Source: Deltaproteobacteria bacterium (GTDB lineage: Bacteria; Desulfobacterota; Desulfobulbia; Desulfobulbales; JAJRZW01). From it: a stretch of 64,000 bases of DNA. The first letter of the stretch is position 1. Each line of letters begins with the position of its first letter. Location of the stretch: contig JAJRZW010000032.1 of the NCBI GenBank assembly GCA_024275015.1, positions 30,755-94,754 of the forward strand, read 5' to 3'. The notes beneath the pieces were generated by a model. The model searched no databases. It worked only from the letters and a program-made list of their open reading frames with translations, and was not told the origin of the DNA. Shown here one piece after another: positions 1 through 10,363 of this stretch. The position numbers and the translations under genes are program-made.

Positions 1-780
1 GGTAGCACGGCGGAGGCCGACCTCCTCCGGGGTGACAATATACTCGCGCACCCCGCCATCCCATTCCGCCACCCGGGTCTCGCCGGTAAGGGTAAGTTCA
101 TCAAGATTGCCCTCGCCCCATACCACCAGAGCCCGTCTGGCCCCGAGACGGCCGAGGACCTCGGCCACCGGCACCGTCAACGCGGGGGAATAGACCCCCA
201 TCACCTGTACCGTGGCCCCGGCCGGGTTGGTAAGGGGACCGAGGGCATTGAAGATGGTGCGGATACCGATCTCGCGCCGCGGGCCGATGGCGTATTTCAT
301 CGCCCCGTGCATCTTCGGCGCGAACATGAAACCTATCCCGGCCTCCCTGATACAGTGGGCGATCGCCCCGGGAGGCAGATCAAGATTCACCCCCAGGGCC
401 TCAAGGACATCAGCGCTGCCACAATGACTCGACACTGACCGGTTGCCGTGTTTGGCCACCGGAATCCCGGCAGCGGCGACAATAAAGGCGGCGGAGGTGG
501 AGACGTTAAAGGTCCCGGAACCGTCGCCGCCGGTGCCGCAGGTATCGCCCAGGATTCCGTCCGCGGTCTCCACCTCGACCCGGGTCGCCCTGGCCCGCAT
601 AACCTTCGCCGCCCCGACTATCTCGTCAACGGTTTCGCCCTTCATCCGCAGGCCGGTAATAAAGGCCCCGATCTGGGCGTCAGTGGCGGCACCGGTCATT
701 ATCTCGTCCATGACCCCGGTCATCTCAGCCTCGGTCAGGTCGATGGAGTCAACCACCCTGGCAATAGCGTCTTTTATCAT
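1..780 (-). CDS. trpD: anthranilate phosphoribosyltransferase, truncated by the window edge
   Basis: Manual minus-strand translation from the ATG at 780 gives [20 protein letters not shown]...[41 protein letters not shown]...[22 protein letters not shown]. The GTGGDG and KHGNR motifs are typical of TrpD. The start overlaps the trpG stop (ATGA). It is absent from the ORF track because there is no stop inside the window. Confidence 0.9.
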   Translation of the reverse strand, partial: MIKDAIARVVDSIDLTEAEMTGVMDEIMTGAATDAQIGAFITGLRMKGETVDEIVGAAKVMRARATRVEVETADGILGDTCGTGGDGSGTFNVSTSAAFIVAAAGIPVAKHGNRSVSSHCGSADVLEALGVNLDLPPGAIAHCIREAGIGFMFAPKMHGAMKYAIGPRREIGIRTIFNALGPLTNPAGATVQVMGVYSPALTVPVAEVLGRLGARRALVVWGEGNLDELTLTGETRVAEWDGGVREYIVTPEEVGLRRAT

Positions 781-1385
781 CTCTTCTCCCCCCATGAGGC
801 GATTGAAGTCGGATATCCCGGGGCAATAAAGTTCCGTAACAGCTCAATTCCAACCCGGGTCATGATAGATTCCGGATGAAACTGCACCCCCTCCACCGCA
901 AGACCTTTATGGCGCACCGCCATGACTTCATCCCGATCCGTGCGGGCGGTGATCTCAAGGCAGTCGGGCATGGTCGCCTCGTCAATAACCAGGGAATGAT
1001 AACGCATGGCCTCAAAAGGGGATTCAAGGCCGGCAAACACCCCGGCGACATCGTGAAAAACCGGACTGGTCTTGCCGTGCATCAACCGCCCGGTCCGTAC
1101 CGTCTTTCCGCCAAAGGCCTCACCAATTGACTGATGCCCGAGGCAGATCCCCAATACCGGCACCCTGCCGGCAAAGGCGCGGATGGCCTCTATCGATATC
1201 CCGGCCTCGGCCGGGGTGCAGGGACCAGGGGAAATAATCAACCGATCCGGGGTCAGGGCGACAAGTTCACTCACCGTGGCCTGGTCGTTCCGGATCACCC
1301 GAACCTCAAGGGATGACTCAATGGCGCCCAGGGTCTGGACGACGTTGTAGGTAAATGAATCGTAATTATCGATGATGATAATCAT
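777..1385 (-). CDS. trpG: anthranilate synthase component II (glutamine amidotransferase)
   Basis: The 202 aa product [20 protein letters not shown]...[18 protein letters not shown]...VQFHPES is a class-I GATase with the Cys-His-Glu triad context. It lies between trpE and trpD. Confidence 0.9.
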   Translation of the reverse strand: MIIIIDNYDSFTYNVVQTLGAIESSLEVRVIRNDQATVSELVALTPDRLIISPGPCTPAEAGISIEAIRAFAGRVPVLGICLGHQSIGEAFGGKTVRTGRLMHGKTSPVFHDVAGVFAGLESPFEAMRYHSLVIDEATMPDCLEITARTDRDEVMAVRHKGLAVEGVQFHPESIMTRVGIELLRNFIAPGYPTSIASWGEKR

Positions 1386-1387
1386 GG

Positions 1388-2863
1388 CTAAAAGCCCTGT
1401 TCCACAAGTTCCATCGCCCTTCTCAACCCCATGGCCTTGTTGACCGTTTCCTTGTACTCCAGGGCCGGGTCGGAATCAGCGACAATCCCGGCCCCGGCCT
1501 GAATCCAGAGATCTTTACCGTGAAGAACAAAGGTCCGGATGGTAATACAGAGGTCCATGTTGCCGGAGAAACCGAAATAGCCCACTGAACCGGCATAAGG
1601 GCCGCGACGTTCCGGTTCAAGCTCTTCGATGATCTCCATCGCCCTGATCTTTGGGGCGCCGCTGACGGTTCCGGCGGGAAAACAGGCGGAAAGGACGTCG
1701 AACTGATCAAGGCCCGCGGCCAGGCGGCCGGAGACACTTGAGACAATGTGCATAACGTGGCTGTAACGCTCGATTACCATCAGGTCGCGGGGAAGCACCG
1801 AACCATATTCGCTGACCCGGCCGACATCGTTACGACCGAGATCGACCAGCATCAGGTGTTCGGCCCGTTCTTTAGCGTCGGCGAGAAGCTCTTCCTCCAT
1901 CAACAGATCATCATCCGGAGTCTTTCCCCGCCTCCTGGTTCCGGCAATGGGACGCACCTCGACCGCGTCATCCTCAAGGCGGACAAGAATCTCAGGTGAT
2001 GAACCCACCTGCACCACCTCCCCCATCTTGAGGTAAAAGAGGTAAGGGCTGGGATTAATATGACGCAGGGCGCGATAAAGATGAAAGGGGTGGACCTCGG
2101 TGGTGGTATGGAAACGCTGGGACAGAACCACCTGGAATATATCGCCGGCAACGATATATTCCTTGGCCTTTTCCACCATCCGCTCGAATTCCGCCTCGGT
2201 CATATTGGAAGAAAACTCATGCGCCGGAAGGGAATCACAGACCGCGGCCGCGGCCGGAATAGCCCCGCGGATCTTTGTGACCACCCGGTCAATCTCCTCG
2301 CCCGCCTGACGATATAGAGAAGCCGAATCCCCGGCGCGCACCGGAACCATCCTGATAACAGTAAGGGTCTGACGGAGATTGTCGTGAACCAGAAGGGTGG
2401 CCGGGACCATGAAGGCCGAATCGGGAAACTCGTCAAGACCGGGGTTGTCGGCCGGGAGGTCTTCCATGAAACGGACCATGTCGTAGCCGAGATAGCCGAC
2501 GGCGCCACCGAAAAACCGCAACCCGGGGATGTCCGGCACCGGGCCGACCTCGGCCAGGATCTCCCGCAACAATTTTATCGGATTGCCGCGCCTGATCTCC
2601 TCGCCGATCACTCCGCTGATCCGGACCTCATCGCCGCGGCTTGAAAACAGGGCCAGGGGGTCATAACCGATGAGCGAATAACGCCCCCATTTCTCCCCGC
2701 CTTCAAGACTCTCGAATAAAAAGGCATTATCCTCGTCAAGACCGAGGCGGGCGAAAATTGAAAGGGGCGTTTCAAGATCACAGACAATCTCCCGGCTTAC
2801 CGGGACAAGGCCATGATTGGCGGCAAGGATTGAAAACTCTTCCGGGGAGGGACGCAATTTCAC
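1388..2863 (-). CDS. trpE: anthranilate synthase component I
   Basis: Chorismate-binding enzyme with motifs GDIFQVVLSQRF, PSPYLFYL, GAGIVADSDPALEYKET. The ORF extends to 2908, but the GTG at 2863 (VKLRPSPEEF...), preceded by GGGGGTGGA, fits the usual TrpE N-terminus better. The start is uncertain. Confidence 0.85.
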   Translation of the reverse strand: MKLRPSPEEFSILAANHGLVPVSREIVCDLETPLSIFARLGLDEDNAFLFESLEGGEKWGRYSLIGYDPLALFSSRGDEVRISGVIGEEIRRGNPIKLLREILAEVGPVPDIPGLRFFGGAVGYLGYDMVRFMEDLPADNPGLDEFPDSAFMVPATLLVHDNLRQTLTVIRMVPVRAGDSASLYRQAGEEIDRVVTKIRGAIPAAAAVCDSLPAHEFSSNMTEAEFERMVEKAKEYIVAGDIFQVVLSQRFHTTTEVHPFHLYRALRHINPSPYLFYLKMGEVVQVGSSPEILVRLEDDAVEVRPIAGTRRRGKTPDDDLLMEEELLADAKERAEHLMLVDLGRNDVGRVSEYGSVLPRDLMVIERYSHVMHIVSSVSGRLAAGLDQFDVLSACFPAGTVSGAPKIRAMEIIEELEPERRGPYAGSVGYFGFSGNMDLCITIRTFVLHGKDLWIQAGAGIVADSDPALEYKETVNKAMGLRRAMELVEQGF

Positions 2864-2905
2864 CGTCCACCCCCGGAAGACCCGGAGAAACGGCTGATGA
2901 ACTCG

Positions 2906-3011
2906 CAATTCCCCGCTCCGGGTTGAAACGACGGTTTCCGGGCGGCAGGCACCGGGATGCTTAAATCCAGAACTCGGACTAAGTCCGCAAACACGCGGGA
3001 TTTATTAACCC
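2906..3011. repeat. intergenic repeat family R4, copy a (5' of trpE)
   Basis: About 105 nt closely similar to 13301-13407 (ccccRctccggNtgaaaacgacgRtttccggg...cgggatttNttaaccca). Both copies sit just upstream of a minus-strand gene start. Confidence 0.75.
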
Positions 3012-3028
3012 ATCTCGCCGCCCGGCGC

Positions 3029-3076
3029 CTTTTCCGGAAATCGCCGAAGACGCCTCCTCGGGGAGGACTTGTTACG
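3029..3076. repeat. intergenic repeat family R5, copy a
   Basis: cttttccggaaatcgccgaagacgcctcctcggggaggacttgttacg recurs in inverted orientation at 26166-26211. Confidence 0.7.
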
Positions 3077-3274
3077 AGACTGTCACGATTGATTCGCAAA
3101 AAAAGCGCAGAAGCCGGGTCGGGTTCGTCCCGGCTGTCGTCAACAGACCTGTTTTTTATCGGGCTACTGTCAGGTTCCATTCAGTAGTTCAGGCGTTTTT
3201 CCGCCCAACTATGGTTAGGGCCTATGGCCACCGGAGCCGGGCCACGAACGACGGGGAATTTCCACTGCCGGCGA

Positions 3275-3544
3275 TTAAGCCGCGGCAAGTGCGTTTACTT
3301 TACGGGTCAGACGAGAGATCTTGCGTGAAGCGCTTTTCCGGTGCATGGTCCCCTTACCGGCGGCCTTGGCAATGAGTTTTTCGGCCTGTAACAGGGCGGC
3401 ACGGGCATCGTTAACGGATGAGGTGCTAATGGCACTATCAACGGCCTTGACGACATTCTTGACTCTGGTCTTCATTATCCGGTTGCGCTGGCGACGCACC
3501 AGACTCTGACGATGCCTCTTGAGAGCGGACTTGTGATTAGCCAA
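3275..3544 (-). CDS. rpsT: 30S ribosomal protein S20
   Basis: 89 aa product MANHKSALKRHRQSLVRRQRNRIMKTRVKN...; basic, with the typical S20 N-terminus. AAGGAG RBS upstream. Confidence 0.95.
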   Translation of the reverse strand: MANHKSALKRHRQSLVRRQRNRIMKTRVKNVVKAVDSAISTSSVNDARAALLQAEKLIAKAAGKGTMHRKSASRKISRLTRKVNALAAA

Positions 3545-3640
3545 CTTGCTTTACTCCTTAACAAATATTTTTCACATCCATCCGCGAACAACAGCCACGC
3601 CGCCGCCGGGATGAAACCTAATCAAAAAAAGGAATATGAT

Positions 3641-3669
3641 ATATTAATATCAGGGAAAAGGCTTGTCAA
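3641..3669 (-). promoter_or_regulatory. candidate sigma-70 promoter for rpsT
   Basis: The minus strand reads TTGACA (3669-3664), a 17 nt spacer, then TAATAT (3646-3641), about 95 nt upstream of the rpsT ATG. Confidence 0.5.
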
Positions 3670-3913
3670 CCAGAATCAGCCACCGAAATTCACCGTCACC
3701 AGGGACGACCATCGAAGCCCCGAAGTTCCCCTGACAGAAATAACACCATTTTTTTTAAAAAAATCAAGGGCGTCCTTGCCTAATGCCGAAAAAATTGTTT
3801 TATTTAAACAAGTTATCGTCCTTATTGACAGGCCTCTCTCCCCAGACTGCCCATTCGCCGGTCTATCCTCCTGAAAAAGGGCGTTTTTCTGAACCCACGA
3901 CCACACGCAGGCC

Positions 3914-4702
3914 ATGTTTGAACTGATAAAAGCATTCAGATGGCAGGACATCCCTGATATACTGATTGTCTGGTATCTCATCTACCGGGTGCTCCTGATC
4001 ATCCGCGGCACCAGGGCGGCGCAGATGCTGGCCGGCATCGGAATTATCATTGTCGCCTATTTCGGAGCCCGGGAATTTGAACTCCTGACCCTTTACTGGC
4101 TCCTCAACACCTTTCTCAGTTCCATCTTTCTGATCATAATCATCGTCTTCCAGCGCGACATCAGACGGGCCCTGACCCAGGTGGGACAGACCCCGTTTGC
4201 CAAGACCTATGAAAACACGATCCAGAACATGGATGAAATCGTCGGGGCCGCGATTTATCTGTCGCGCAAACGTATCGGCGCCCTGATCGTCATCGAACGG
4301 GAGACCGGACTCAAAGACTATATTGAAAGCGGGCATAAACTTGACGCCGCCCTGTCACGCGAGCTTCTGGTAAGTATCTTCCACACCTCGTCCCCGCTGC
4401 ATGACGGTGGAGTAATCATCCGGGCCGGGCGCATCCTCACCGCTGGCAGTGTCCTGCCCCTGACCAAAAACCCCTATATCAGCCGCCGCCTCGGCACCCG
4501 GCACCGGGCTGCCATCGGTTTATCGGAAGAGACCGACGCGGTGGTAATCGTGGTAAGTGAGGAAACCAGCCAAATCTCGCTGGTGCAGCACGGCGCGATC
4601 ACCAGCGACCTTGATGACACCTCACTGAGAAACCGGCTTGACGCCATCTTTGTCCCCCAGGAGTATCACACCAACCTATGGAAAAACTGGCTAAACAGAT
4701 AG
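3914..4702 (+). CDS. cdaA: diadenylate cyclase CdaA (membrane-anchored DisA_N domain)
   Basis: Three N-terminal TM helices, then ...HDGGVIIRAGRILTAGSVLPLT...LGTRHRAAIGLSEETDAVVIVVSEETSQISL (DGA/RHR motifs). Confidence 0.9.
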   Translation: MFELIKAFRWQDIPDILIVWYLIYRVLLIIRGTRAAQMLAGIGIIIVAYFGAREFELLTLYWLLNTFLSSIFLIIIIVFQRDIRRALTQVGQTPFAKTYENTIQNMDEIVGAAIYLSRKRIGALIVIERETGLKDYIESGHKLDAALSRELLVSIFHTSSPLHDGGVIIRAGRILTAGSVLPLTKNPYISRRLGTRHRAAIGLSEETDAVVIVVSEETSQISLVQHGAITSDLDDTSLRNRLDAIFVPQEYHTNLWKNWLNR

Positions 4703-5700
4703 GAAAAAAGTTGTCCCGCGTGGGCAGTCTGAGCTGGCCGAAGGACTGGATTCTGAAAATCGTATCCCTGCTCTTCGCCCTGATGCTGTGGTACTTCGTC
4801 GTCGGCGAGGCCAAGGTTGACATTACCCTGTTCGTGCCGCTTGAGATCGTCAACCTGCCCCAGGACCTGGTAATTTCAAACCAGTTCAAGAAAGAGCTCG
4901 AAGTTACGGTAAACGGCCCCCGCGGCCTGACCCGCAACATCAGAAACCAGCATTTTTCCCGGCCGGTCAACATGGAAAAGGCAGTTCCCGGGACCATGTT
5001 AATCCAGAACGGCCCCGACTCGATAAACTTCCCCCGGGGAATCAGGGTAATCAGAATCCAGCCGACCAATATCACCATAGAGATCGACCGTCTGGTTCAA
5101 AAGAATCTGCCGGTAAAGGCGACCATCAAGGGCAAACCCGAAACCGGCTTTGAAATCTTTTCGGTCTCAGCCCAACCCCAGGCCATAAAGGTCACCGCCC
5201 CGGGCAAGTTTCTGAAACCGGTATTGTTTCTCCCAACCGAACCCATTGACATCAGCGGTATCAAGCGGGGACAGATCCTTGAATCAAACCTGGTACTCAA
5301 GCCGGAGCTTGCGGAACTGGTCGGCGATCCGCTGATAAAGGTCAAGGTCAATGTACGGGAAAGAATGGTGGAGAAAAAAATCCAGGGGGTGAAAATCCAC
5401 CTGGATGTCCCGAAAGGCCGACGCTACCGCCTTTCGCCCTCCGGGGTAACGATAACGGCGATGATCCCCTACCATCTCCTTCACGGCAGAAACAGGATCA
5501 ACCTGAAAAAGAACATCAAGGCGACAGTATCCGCGCCCATACCTGACACGGCCGGGAACCACAAACTCAAGGTCGCGGTTGCCGCGGTGCCGGGCGTCAC
5601 GGTGAGCGAAATCGTACCCCCGGAGATCACCCTGACCATAAAACGCAAGCAAGACCCGAGGAGAATCAAGGTGCTGCTGAAGAACAGGAAGAGCAAATAA
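4678..5700 (+). CDS. cdaR: CdaR-like YbbR-domain protein
   Basis: 340 aa with an N-terminal TM helix and repeated YbbR-like beta-rich modules. It overlaps the cdaA 3' end and directly precedes glmM, matching the conserved cdaA-cdaR-glmM order. Confidence 0.75.
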   Translation: MEKLAKQIGKKLSRVGSLSWPKDWILKIVSLLFALMLWYFVVGEAKVDITLFVPLEIVNLPQDLVISNQFKKELEVTVNGPRGLTRNIRNQHFSRPVNMEKAVPGTMLIQNGPDSINFPRGIRVIRIQPTNITIEIDRLVQKNLPVKATIKGKPETGFEIFSVSAQPQAIKVTAPGKFLKPVLFLPTEPIDISGIKRGQILESNLVLKPELAELVGDPLIKVKVNVRERMVEKKIQGVKIHLDVPKGRRYRLSPSGVTITAMIPYHLLHGRNRINLKKNIKATVSAPIPDTAGNHKLKVAVAAVPGVTVSEIVPPEITLTIKRKQDPRRIKVLLKNRKSK

Positions 5701-5701
5701 G

Positions 5702-7060
5702 ATGCGGCGACTTTTCGGTACCGACGGGGTCAGGGGAACGGCGAACATCTACCCGATGACCACCGACATCGCCATGCAGATCGGCCGTGCCATTGCCTTC
5801 AAGCTCAAGGACAGCCGGCATAAAAGCCGAATCGTCATCGGCAAGGACACCAGGCTGTCGGGCTATATGATCGAAAACGCCCTGGCGGCCGGTATCTGTT
5901 CCATGGGGGTAAACATTCTCCTCGTGGGTCCGTTGCCGACCCCGGGGATCGCCTTTATCACCTCGAGTATGCGCGCCGACGCCGGAGTGGTGATCAGCGC
6001 CTCGCACAACCCCTTCCAGGACAACGGGATCAAAATATTCTCCTCCGACGGTTTCAAACTCCCGGACGCGGACGAAATCGAAATCGAAGACCTGATCTTT
6101 TCCCAGAAGATGGCGGCCCTGCGCCCGGTGGCGGACGAGGTCGGCCGCGCCGCCAGGATCGACGACGCCCGCGGACGCTATATAGTTTTTTTGAAAAACA
6201 CCTTCCCGCCGCAATACACCCTTGAAGGGCTGCACATCGTCCTTGACTGCGCCCACGGCGCCACCTACGGGGTCGCGCCGCATGTCTTTGAAGAATTAGG
6301 CGCCCGGGTTAGCGCCATCGGCGTCAGCCCCGACGGCACCAACATCAACGATAATTGCGGCGCCCTGCACCCGGAACTGATCAGCGCCAAGGTCCGGGAG
6401 GCAGGGGCCGACATCGGTATCGCCCTGGACGGTGACGGCGACCGCCTCATTGTTGCCGATGAAAAGGGCAACATCGTTGACGGCGACCATATAATGGCCA
6501 TCTGCGCCGCCGATCTCATGGCCCGGCGAAAACTGAGAAAGAAAACCCTGGTGGCAACGGTGATGAGCAACCTCGGCCTTGAACGGGCGATGAGGAAAAT
6601 CGGTGGACGTCTCCTGCGGACCCAGGTCGGCGATCGTTACGTGGTCGAGGAGATGCGCCGCAACGGCTACAATCTCGGCGGCGAACAATCGGGGCATCTG
6701 GTATTTTTCGACCATAACACCACCGGCGACGGTATCCTTGCCGCCCTGCAACTTCTGGCGGTAATGATCAAAAAAGGCAAACCCCTGGGGGAGATCGCAC
6801 GGATAATGACCACGGTGCCGCAAATATTGAAGAACGTCCGCACCCCGGTAAAGATCATGCCGGAAAAAATCAACGGTTTCGCCGACCTGGTCGCAGGGGC
6901 GGGGAAAAAACTCGGCAACAGCGGCCGAATCCTGGTCCGCCCCTCCGGCACCGAGCCGATAATCCGGGTGATGGTCGAAGGGGAAGATCACGACCTCATC
7001 TGCCGGATGGCCGACGAACTATGCCACCACCTTTCCCGCCATTGCCGGGATTTAGCCTGA
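5702..7060 (+). CDS. glmM: phosphoglucosamine mutase
   Basis: [15 protein letters not shown]...[18 protein letters not shown]...[11 protein letters not shown]...GGEQSGH; catalytic Ser in SASHNP. Confidence 0.95.
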   Translation: MRRLFGTDGVRGTANIYPMTTDIAMQIGRAIAFKLKDSRHKSRIVIGKDTRLSGYMIENALAAGICSMGVNILLVGPLPTPGIAFITSSMRADAGVVISASHNPFQDNGIKIFSSDGFKLPDADEIEIEDLIFSQKMAALRPVADEVGRAARIDDARGRYIVFLKNTFPPQYTLEGLHIVLDCAHGATYGVAPHVFEELGARVSAIGVSPDGTNINDNCGALHPELISAKVREAGADIGIALDGDGDRLIVADEKGNIVDGDHIMAICAADLMARRKLRKKTLVATVMSNLGLERAMRKIGGRLLRTQVGDRYVVEEMRRNGYNLGGEQSGHLVFFDHNTTGDGILAALQLLAVMIKKGKPLGEIARIMTTVPQILKNVRTPVKIMPEKINGFADLVAGAGKKLGNSGRILVRPSGTEPIIRVMVEGEDHDLICRMADELCHHLSRHCRDLA

Positions 7061-7097
7061 ACCCGGTTCACAACCGGGTGGCATAAGGTACCCTGAA

Positions 7098-7838
7098 TTG
7101 AAAGCCAGACTCGATAAGATCATGGTACAGCGGGGACTGGTGGCAAGCCGTCATAAGGCCCAGGCCCTGATCATGGCCGCCAAGGTCCGGGTAAACGGGG
7201 AACCGGCGGCAAAATCCGGACAGCAGGTCACAACCGGAGCAAAGATCGAGATCATCACCGATCCCTGCCCCTACGTCAGTCGCGGCGGCCTTAAAATCGC
7301 GGCCGGACTCGACCACTTCAGGGTCGATCCCCGCGCCTGGATCTGCGCCGATATCGGCGCCTCCACCGGCGGCTTCACCGACTGTCTCCTGCAACGGGGC
7401 GCGACAAAGGTTTACGCCATTGACGTCGGCTACGGCCAACTGGCATGGAAACTGCGTCAGGATGAACGGGTGGTGGTGATGGAAAGAACAAACGCCCGCC
7501 ATCTTAAACCCGGAGACCTCGCCGACCGCATTGATCTCGCGGTAATCGACGCCTCCTTCATCTCTCTGAAAATCCTTATCCCCCCTGTTCTTGCCCTTTT
7601 TCGCCGCGATTATCGTATAATGGCGTTAATAAAACCGCAATTCGAGGCTGGCCGCGAATTGGTGGGAAAAGGAGGGGTAGTCCGCGACCCCGGGGTTCAC
7701 CGGCAGGTAATCACGGCCATTCAAGACTACGCCGAAGACATAGGCCTTGAATGCCACGGGGCCTGTCCCTCGCCGATCACCGGGCCCAGGGGCAACCGTG
7801 AATTTCTCTGCTGGCTTTCAGGAGGCGAAAATGTATAA
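7098..7838 (+). CDS. tlyA: TlyA-family rRNA 2'-O-methyltransferase
   Basis: S4 domain (RLDKIMVQRGLVASRHKAQALI) followed by an FtsJ-like methyltransferase (DIGASTGGFTDCLLQRGA). Confidence 0.85.
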   Translation: MKARLDKIMVQRGLVASRHKAQALIMAAKVRVNGEPAAKSGQQVTTGAKIEIITDPCPYVSRGGLKIAAGLDHFRVDPRAWICADIGASTGGFTDCLLQRGATKVYAIDVGYGQLAWKLRQDERVVVMERTNARHLKPGDLADRIDLAVIDASFISLKILIPPVLALFRRDYRIMALIKPQFEAGRELVGKGGVVRDPGVHRQVITAIQDYAEDIGLECHGACPSPITGPRGNREFLCWLSGGENV

Positions 7839-8397
7839 CCCGGCATCATTCCTCATATCCAGTGCGGCCCTGACCAGCATTTTTAGCTTCTTCTTCGGCG
7901 GCTATTTCAAGGAGAGGGAAAAGGCCTATCTGTTATGGATCAGATATATCGGTTACGAGTCGATCCTTGATCACCAGGAAGAGGCCAAACACCTGTGCGC
8001 CGAGCTTGAGGCCAAGGAGCGGGTGTTCCGGCAGGCCAAGGGGGTGCTGAAGATCCTCCTGCTGACCATTGTCGCCGATTTTCTCGTCTTCCAGACCTAT
8101 TCATTCCCCTACGTCTTTGCCGGAGAACCTTTTTTTCGCCCCGAGTACTGGCATACCTATAAATGGTACTCGATCATCATCGGCTTCATCGTCATGATCA
8201 ACTGCGTTGAAATGATTTATATAAGGATCGCCCTTGAGACCACCCCCAGCTTTCCTTTTATAAGGCTGCGCCACCGGGTGACCGGCCAGGACCGGATCGC
8301 GGAATTGTGGCGGCTCTTCGGATGCTGCGACCTCAAGGATCAGGAACTGAACCAAAACCGTATTCCGGAAATGTTTTACGACCGGCTTGACGACTGA
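7831..8397 (+). CDS. hypothetical membrane protein
   Basis: The ATG at 7831 is preceded by GGAGG (7821-7825). Hydrophobic segments are present. I recognise no family. The longer 7747 start lies inside tlyA. Confidence 0.45.
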   Translation: MYNPASFLISSAALTSIFSFFFGGYFKEREKAYLLWIRYIGYESILDHQEEAKHLCAELEAKERVFRQAKGVLKILLLTIVADFLVFQTYSFPYVFAGEPFFRPEYWHTYKWYSIIIGFIVMINCVEMIYIRIALETTPSFPFIRLRHRVTGQDRIAELWRLFGCCDLKDQELNQNRIPEMFYDRLDD

Positions 8398-8421
8398 CGA
8401 AGACCTGCCCGACTACTCCTG

Positions 8422-10095
8422 CTACCCCTTACCATCCCGGCAGCGCACCTTGAAGTGCCGGCCCCGCCAGACAAAATCGTCCAACTGTCTCGGTGCCAGA
8501 GTCCGGCAGGCATAATCAGCCACCAGTCCCGATTCAACCAGAAGATCGCAGAGGTCGCCGTCGAGATGGCCGTCTCTGACCATTAATTCCAGTATCCGTA
8601 CCGATTCCGAAAGCATCTTGCCCGGCTTATAGGGACGGTCGGCGGCGGTCAGGGCCTCAAAGACATCGGCAATGGCGAGTACCCGGGCCGGAATCGGAAT
8701 ATCAACGGCGTTGATTCCCCGGGGATATCCGGAACCATCCAGTTTTTCATGATGCATCCCGGCAAAGAGCGGCACCTGACGGAGTTTTCTCGGAAACGGA
8801 AGTTTTTCAAGCATCTTGATGGTCAGGCGGACATGATTATTGATAATCTCACGCTCATCCGCGGTCAGGGTCCCCCTGCGGATGGAAAGATTCTTCAACT
8901 CATCATCATTCAACAACCCAACCCGCTCGCCGTTGACCGCCAGGGTGGTGGCCGCGATCTCCCGCAGCCTGGAGATGGAGTCATCGTCCATGAACTCGCC
9001 GCCGATATTGCTCTTTTCAATAAAGGCCAGATCGCGTTCAACCTCAACCGCAGCAGTGTCTTTCTTGTCCTTCCCCTCTTTCAGCCTCGCGATCTCAAGG
9101 TCACGTTTGACGATCTCGCACCGCAGCCGCACAAGCTCAATACGGTCAAAGATAGTCTCAAGTTTGGTCGCCTTGTCGACCACATATTCCGGGGTGGTAA
9201 TCTTGCCGATATCATGCATCCAGGCCGCCATTTTTATTTCCTTCACCTCATCCTCGGAATATTTCTCAGCGGCAAAAGGGGCGGCGGAGCTGGCACCGAC
9301 AAGCCGCGACAACTCTCCGGTCAGTTCCGCCACCCTCTCGACATGACCCGAGGTATAAGGTGATTTTTCATCGATGGCAGCGGCAATGGCGCGCAGGAAG
9401 GAATTCAACAGAATTTCAAGCTCGCGGATCAGACGCATATTGGTCACCGCGATCGCCGCCTGAGAGGCAAGACTGCCGGCATCGAGGATGACCTGGGGCG
9501 GAAATGGGGTCACCTCGCCGGTCTCACGACTGCGACAGTTCAGAAGCTGGAGGACGCCGATGACCTCATCCTCATGATCACGCATGGGAACCAGAAGCAT
9601 CGACTGCGAACGGTAGCCGGTGGTGGAATCAAAATCCTTTGTCCCCCGGAAATCAAAGCCGTCGGCATCATAGACATCGGCGATATTGATTGTCTCTCCC
9701 TTAAGGGCGCAATAAGCGCAGACATTGGCATGATTTTCAACCCCGTCGGCGGTAAAAAGCGATACCGGTTTCCAGTCAATGCCGCCGCCGGTACCACCCA
9801 TGCGAACATCAAGGGAGTCACTCTGGATAATGGTAAACTCAAGACGGCGGTGGTCATCGCTCCTGATATACAGAGTACCGCCATCGGCATTGGTGTAGCG
9901 CCGGGCCTCAGTGACGATCATCTCCAGCAGACGGTCAAGATTCTTCTCGGCCGACAGGGCCATGCCGATCTTGACCAGTTCTTTGATCCGGTTGACCTGA
10001 TCATCAGCAAAACCACGGATCTCTTCAACAACCTCCGGAGCAAGGCCTTTAAGATGGGGGCTTTTCTCATACCAGCGATCAAAAATACTCTTCAT
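8422..10095 (-). CDS. GAF + HD-GYP domain protein (putative c-di-GMP phosphodiesterase)
   Basis: GAF-like region (GGTLYIRSDD...LQLLN), then an HD-GYP domain: WMHDIGKITTP ... HHEKLDGSGYPRG. Confidence 0.85.
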   Translation of the reverse strand: MKSIFDRWYEKSPHLKGLAPEVVEEIRGFADDQVNRIKELVKIGMALSAEKNLDRLLEMIVTEARRYTNADGGTLYIRSDDHRRLEFTIIQSDSLDVRMGGTGGGIDWKPVSLFTADGVENHANVCAYCALKGETINIADVYDADGFDFRGTKDFDSTTGYRSQSMLLVPMRDHEDEVIGVLQLLNCRSRETGEVTPFPPQVILDAGSLASQAAIAVTNMRLIRELEILLNSFLRAIAAAIDEKSPYTSGHVERVAELTGELSRLVGASSAAPFAAEKYSEDEVKEIKMAAWMHDIGKITTPEYVVDKATKLETIFDRIELVRLRCEIVKRDLEIARLKEGKDKKDTAAVEVERDLAFIEKSNIGGEFMDDDSISRLREIAATTLAVNGERVGLLNDDELKNLSIRRGTLTADEREIINNHVRLTIKMLEKLPFPRKLRQVPLFAGMHHEKLDGSGYPRGINAVDIPIPARVLAIADVFEALTAADRPYKPGKMLSESVRILELMVRDGHLDGDLCDLLVESGLVADYACRTLAPRQLDDFVWRGRHFKVRCRDGKG

Positions 10096-10156
10096 TTCCT
10101 TTCCATAAGCCGATTAGTTTTCAACTTCCTTTATACTCCCGGTTCATCTATCATTT

Positions 10157-10313
10157 CAGTAGCCCGTTGAAAAAACAGGCTGGTCGCGGCGCATGGACGC
10201 ACCGCCGATTTTTCCGGGCTGAAAAACCCGGTGGAATCGAGAGGTTGGCCAAAAGTTGCTTTGCTCAACCGGAGTTGAAAAAGCCATGAACGGTTTTTTC
10301 AACGAATTGTTAG
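10157..10313. repeat. modular hairpin repeat family R1, copy A (full length)
   Basis: cagtagcccgttgaaaaaacaggctg...gcggcgcatggacgc...ccgggctgaaaaacccgg...tcgagaggttggcc...ggagttgaaaaagcc...ttttttcaac. The same module order occurs at 44483-44632, and inverted at 19201-19354 and 54229-54358. Confidence 0.85.
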
Positions 10314-10363
10314 ATGTGACGTTCATTGAAACTTATCAGACTTGTTATGAAAAGGGAAACCTC

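Noticed and set aside
212-879. Plus-strand ORFs 212-427, 443-829 and 448-879
   Set aside because: They lie antisense to trpD, which is readable on the minus strand with GTGGDG/KHGNR motifs.
3095-3140. Possible terminator between rpsT and trpE (minus strand AGCCGGG...CCCGGCT followed by a T-run)
   Set aside because: The T-run is separated from the stem by 8 nt and the stem is only 7 bp. This is too weak to call.
2860-3187. ORFs 2860-3180(-) and 2957-3187(+) upstream of trpE, and 26097-26375(-), sharing the peptide RKSPKTPPRG
   Set aside because: The shared peptide comes from repeat family R5. There is no RBS or coding signature, and the regions are intergenic leaders.
2909-3274. Classical trp leader peptide / attenuator upstream of trpE
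   Set aside because: I found no short ORF with tandem Trp codons on the minus strand. The region is instead occupied by the R4/R5 repeat elements.
5666-6991. Minus-strand ORFs 5666-6283 and 6296-6991 inside glmM
   Set aside because: They are antisense to an unambiguous GlmM and have no recognisable domains.
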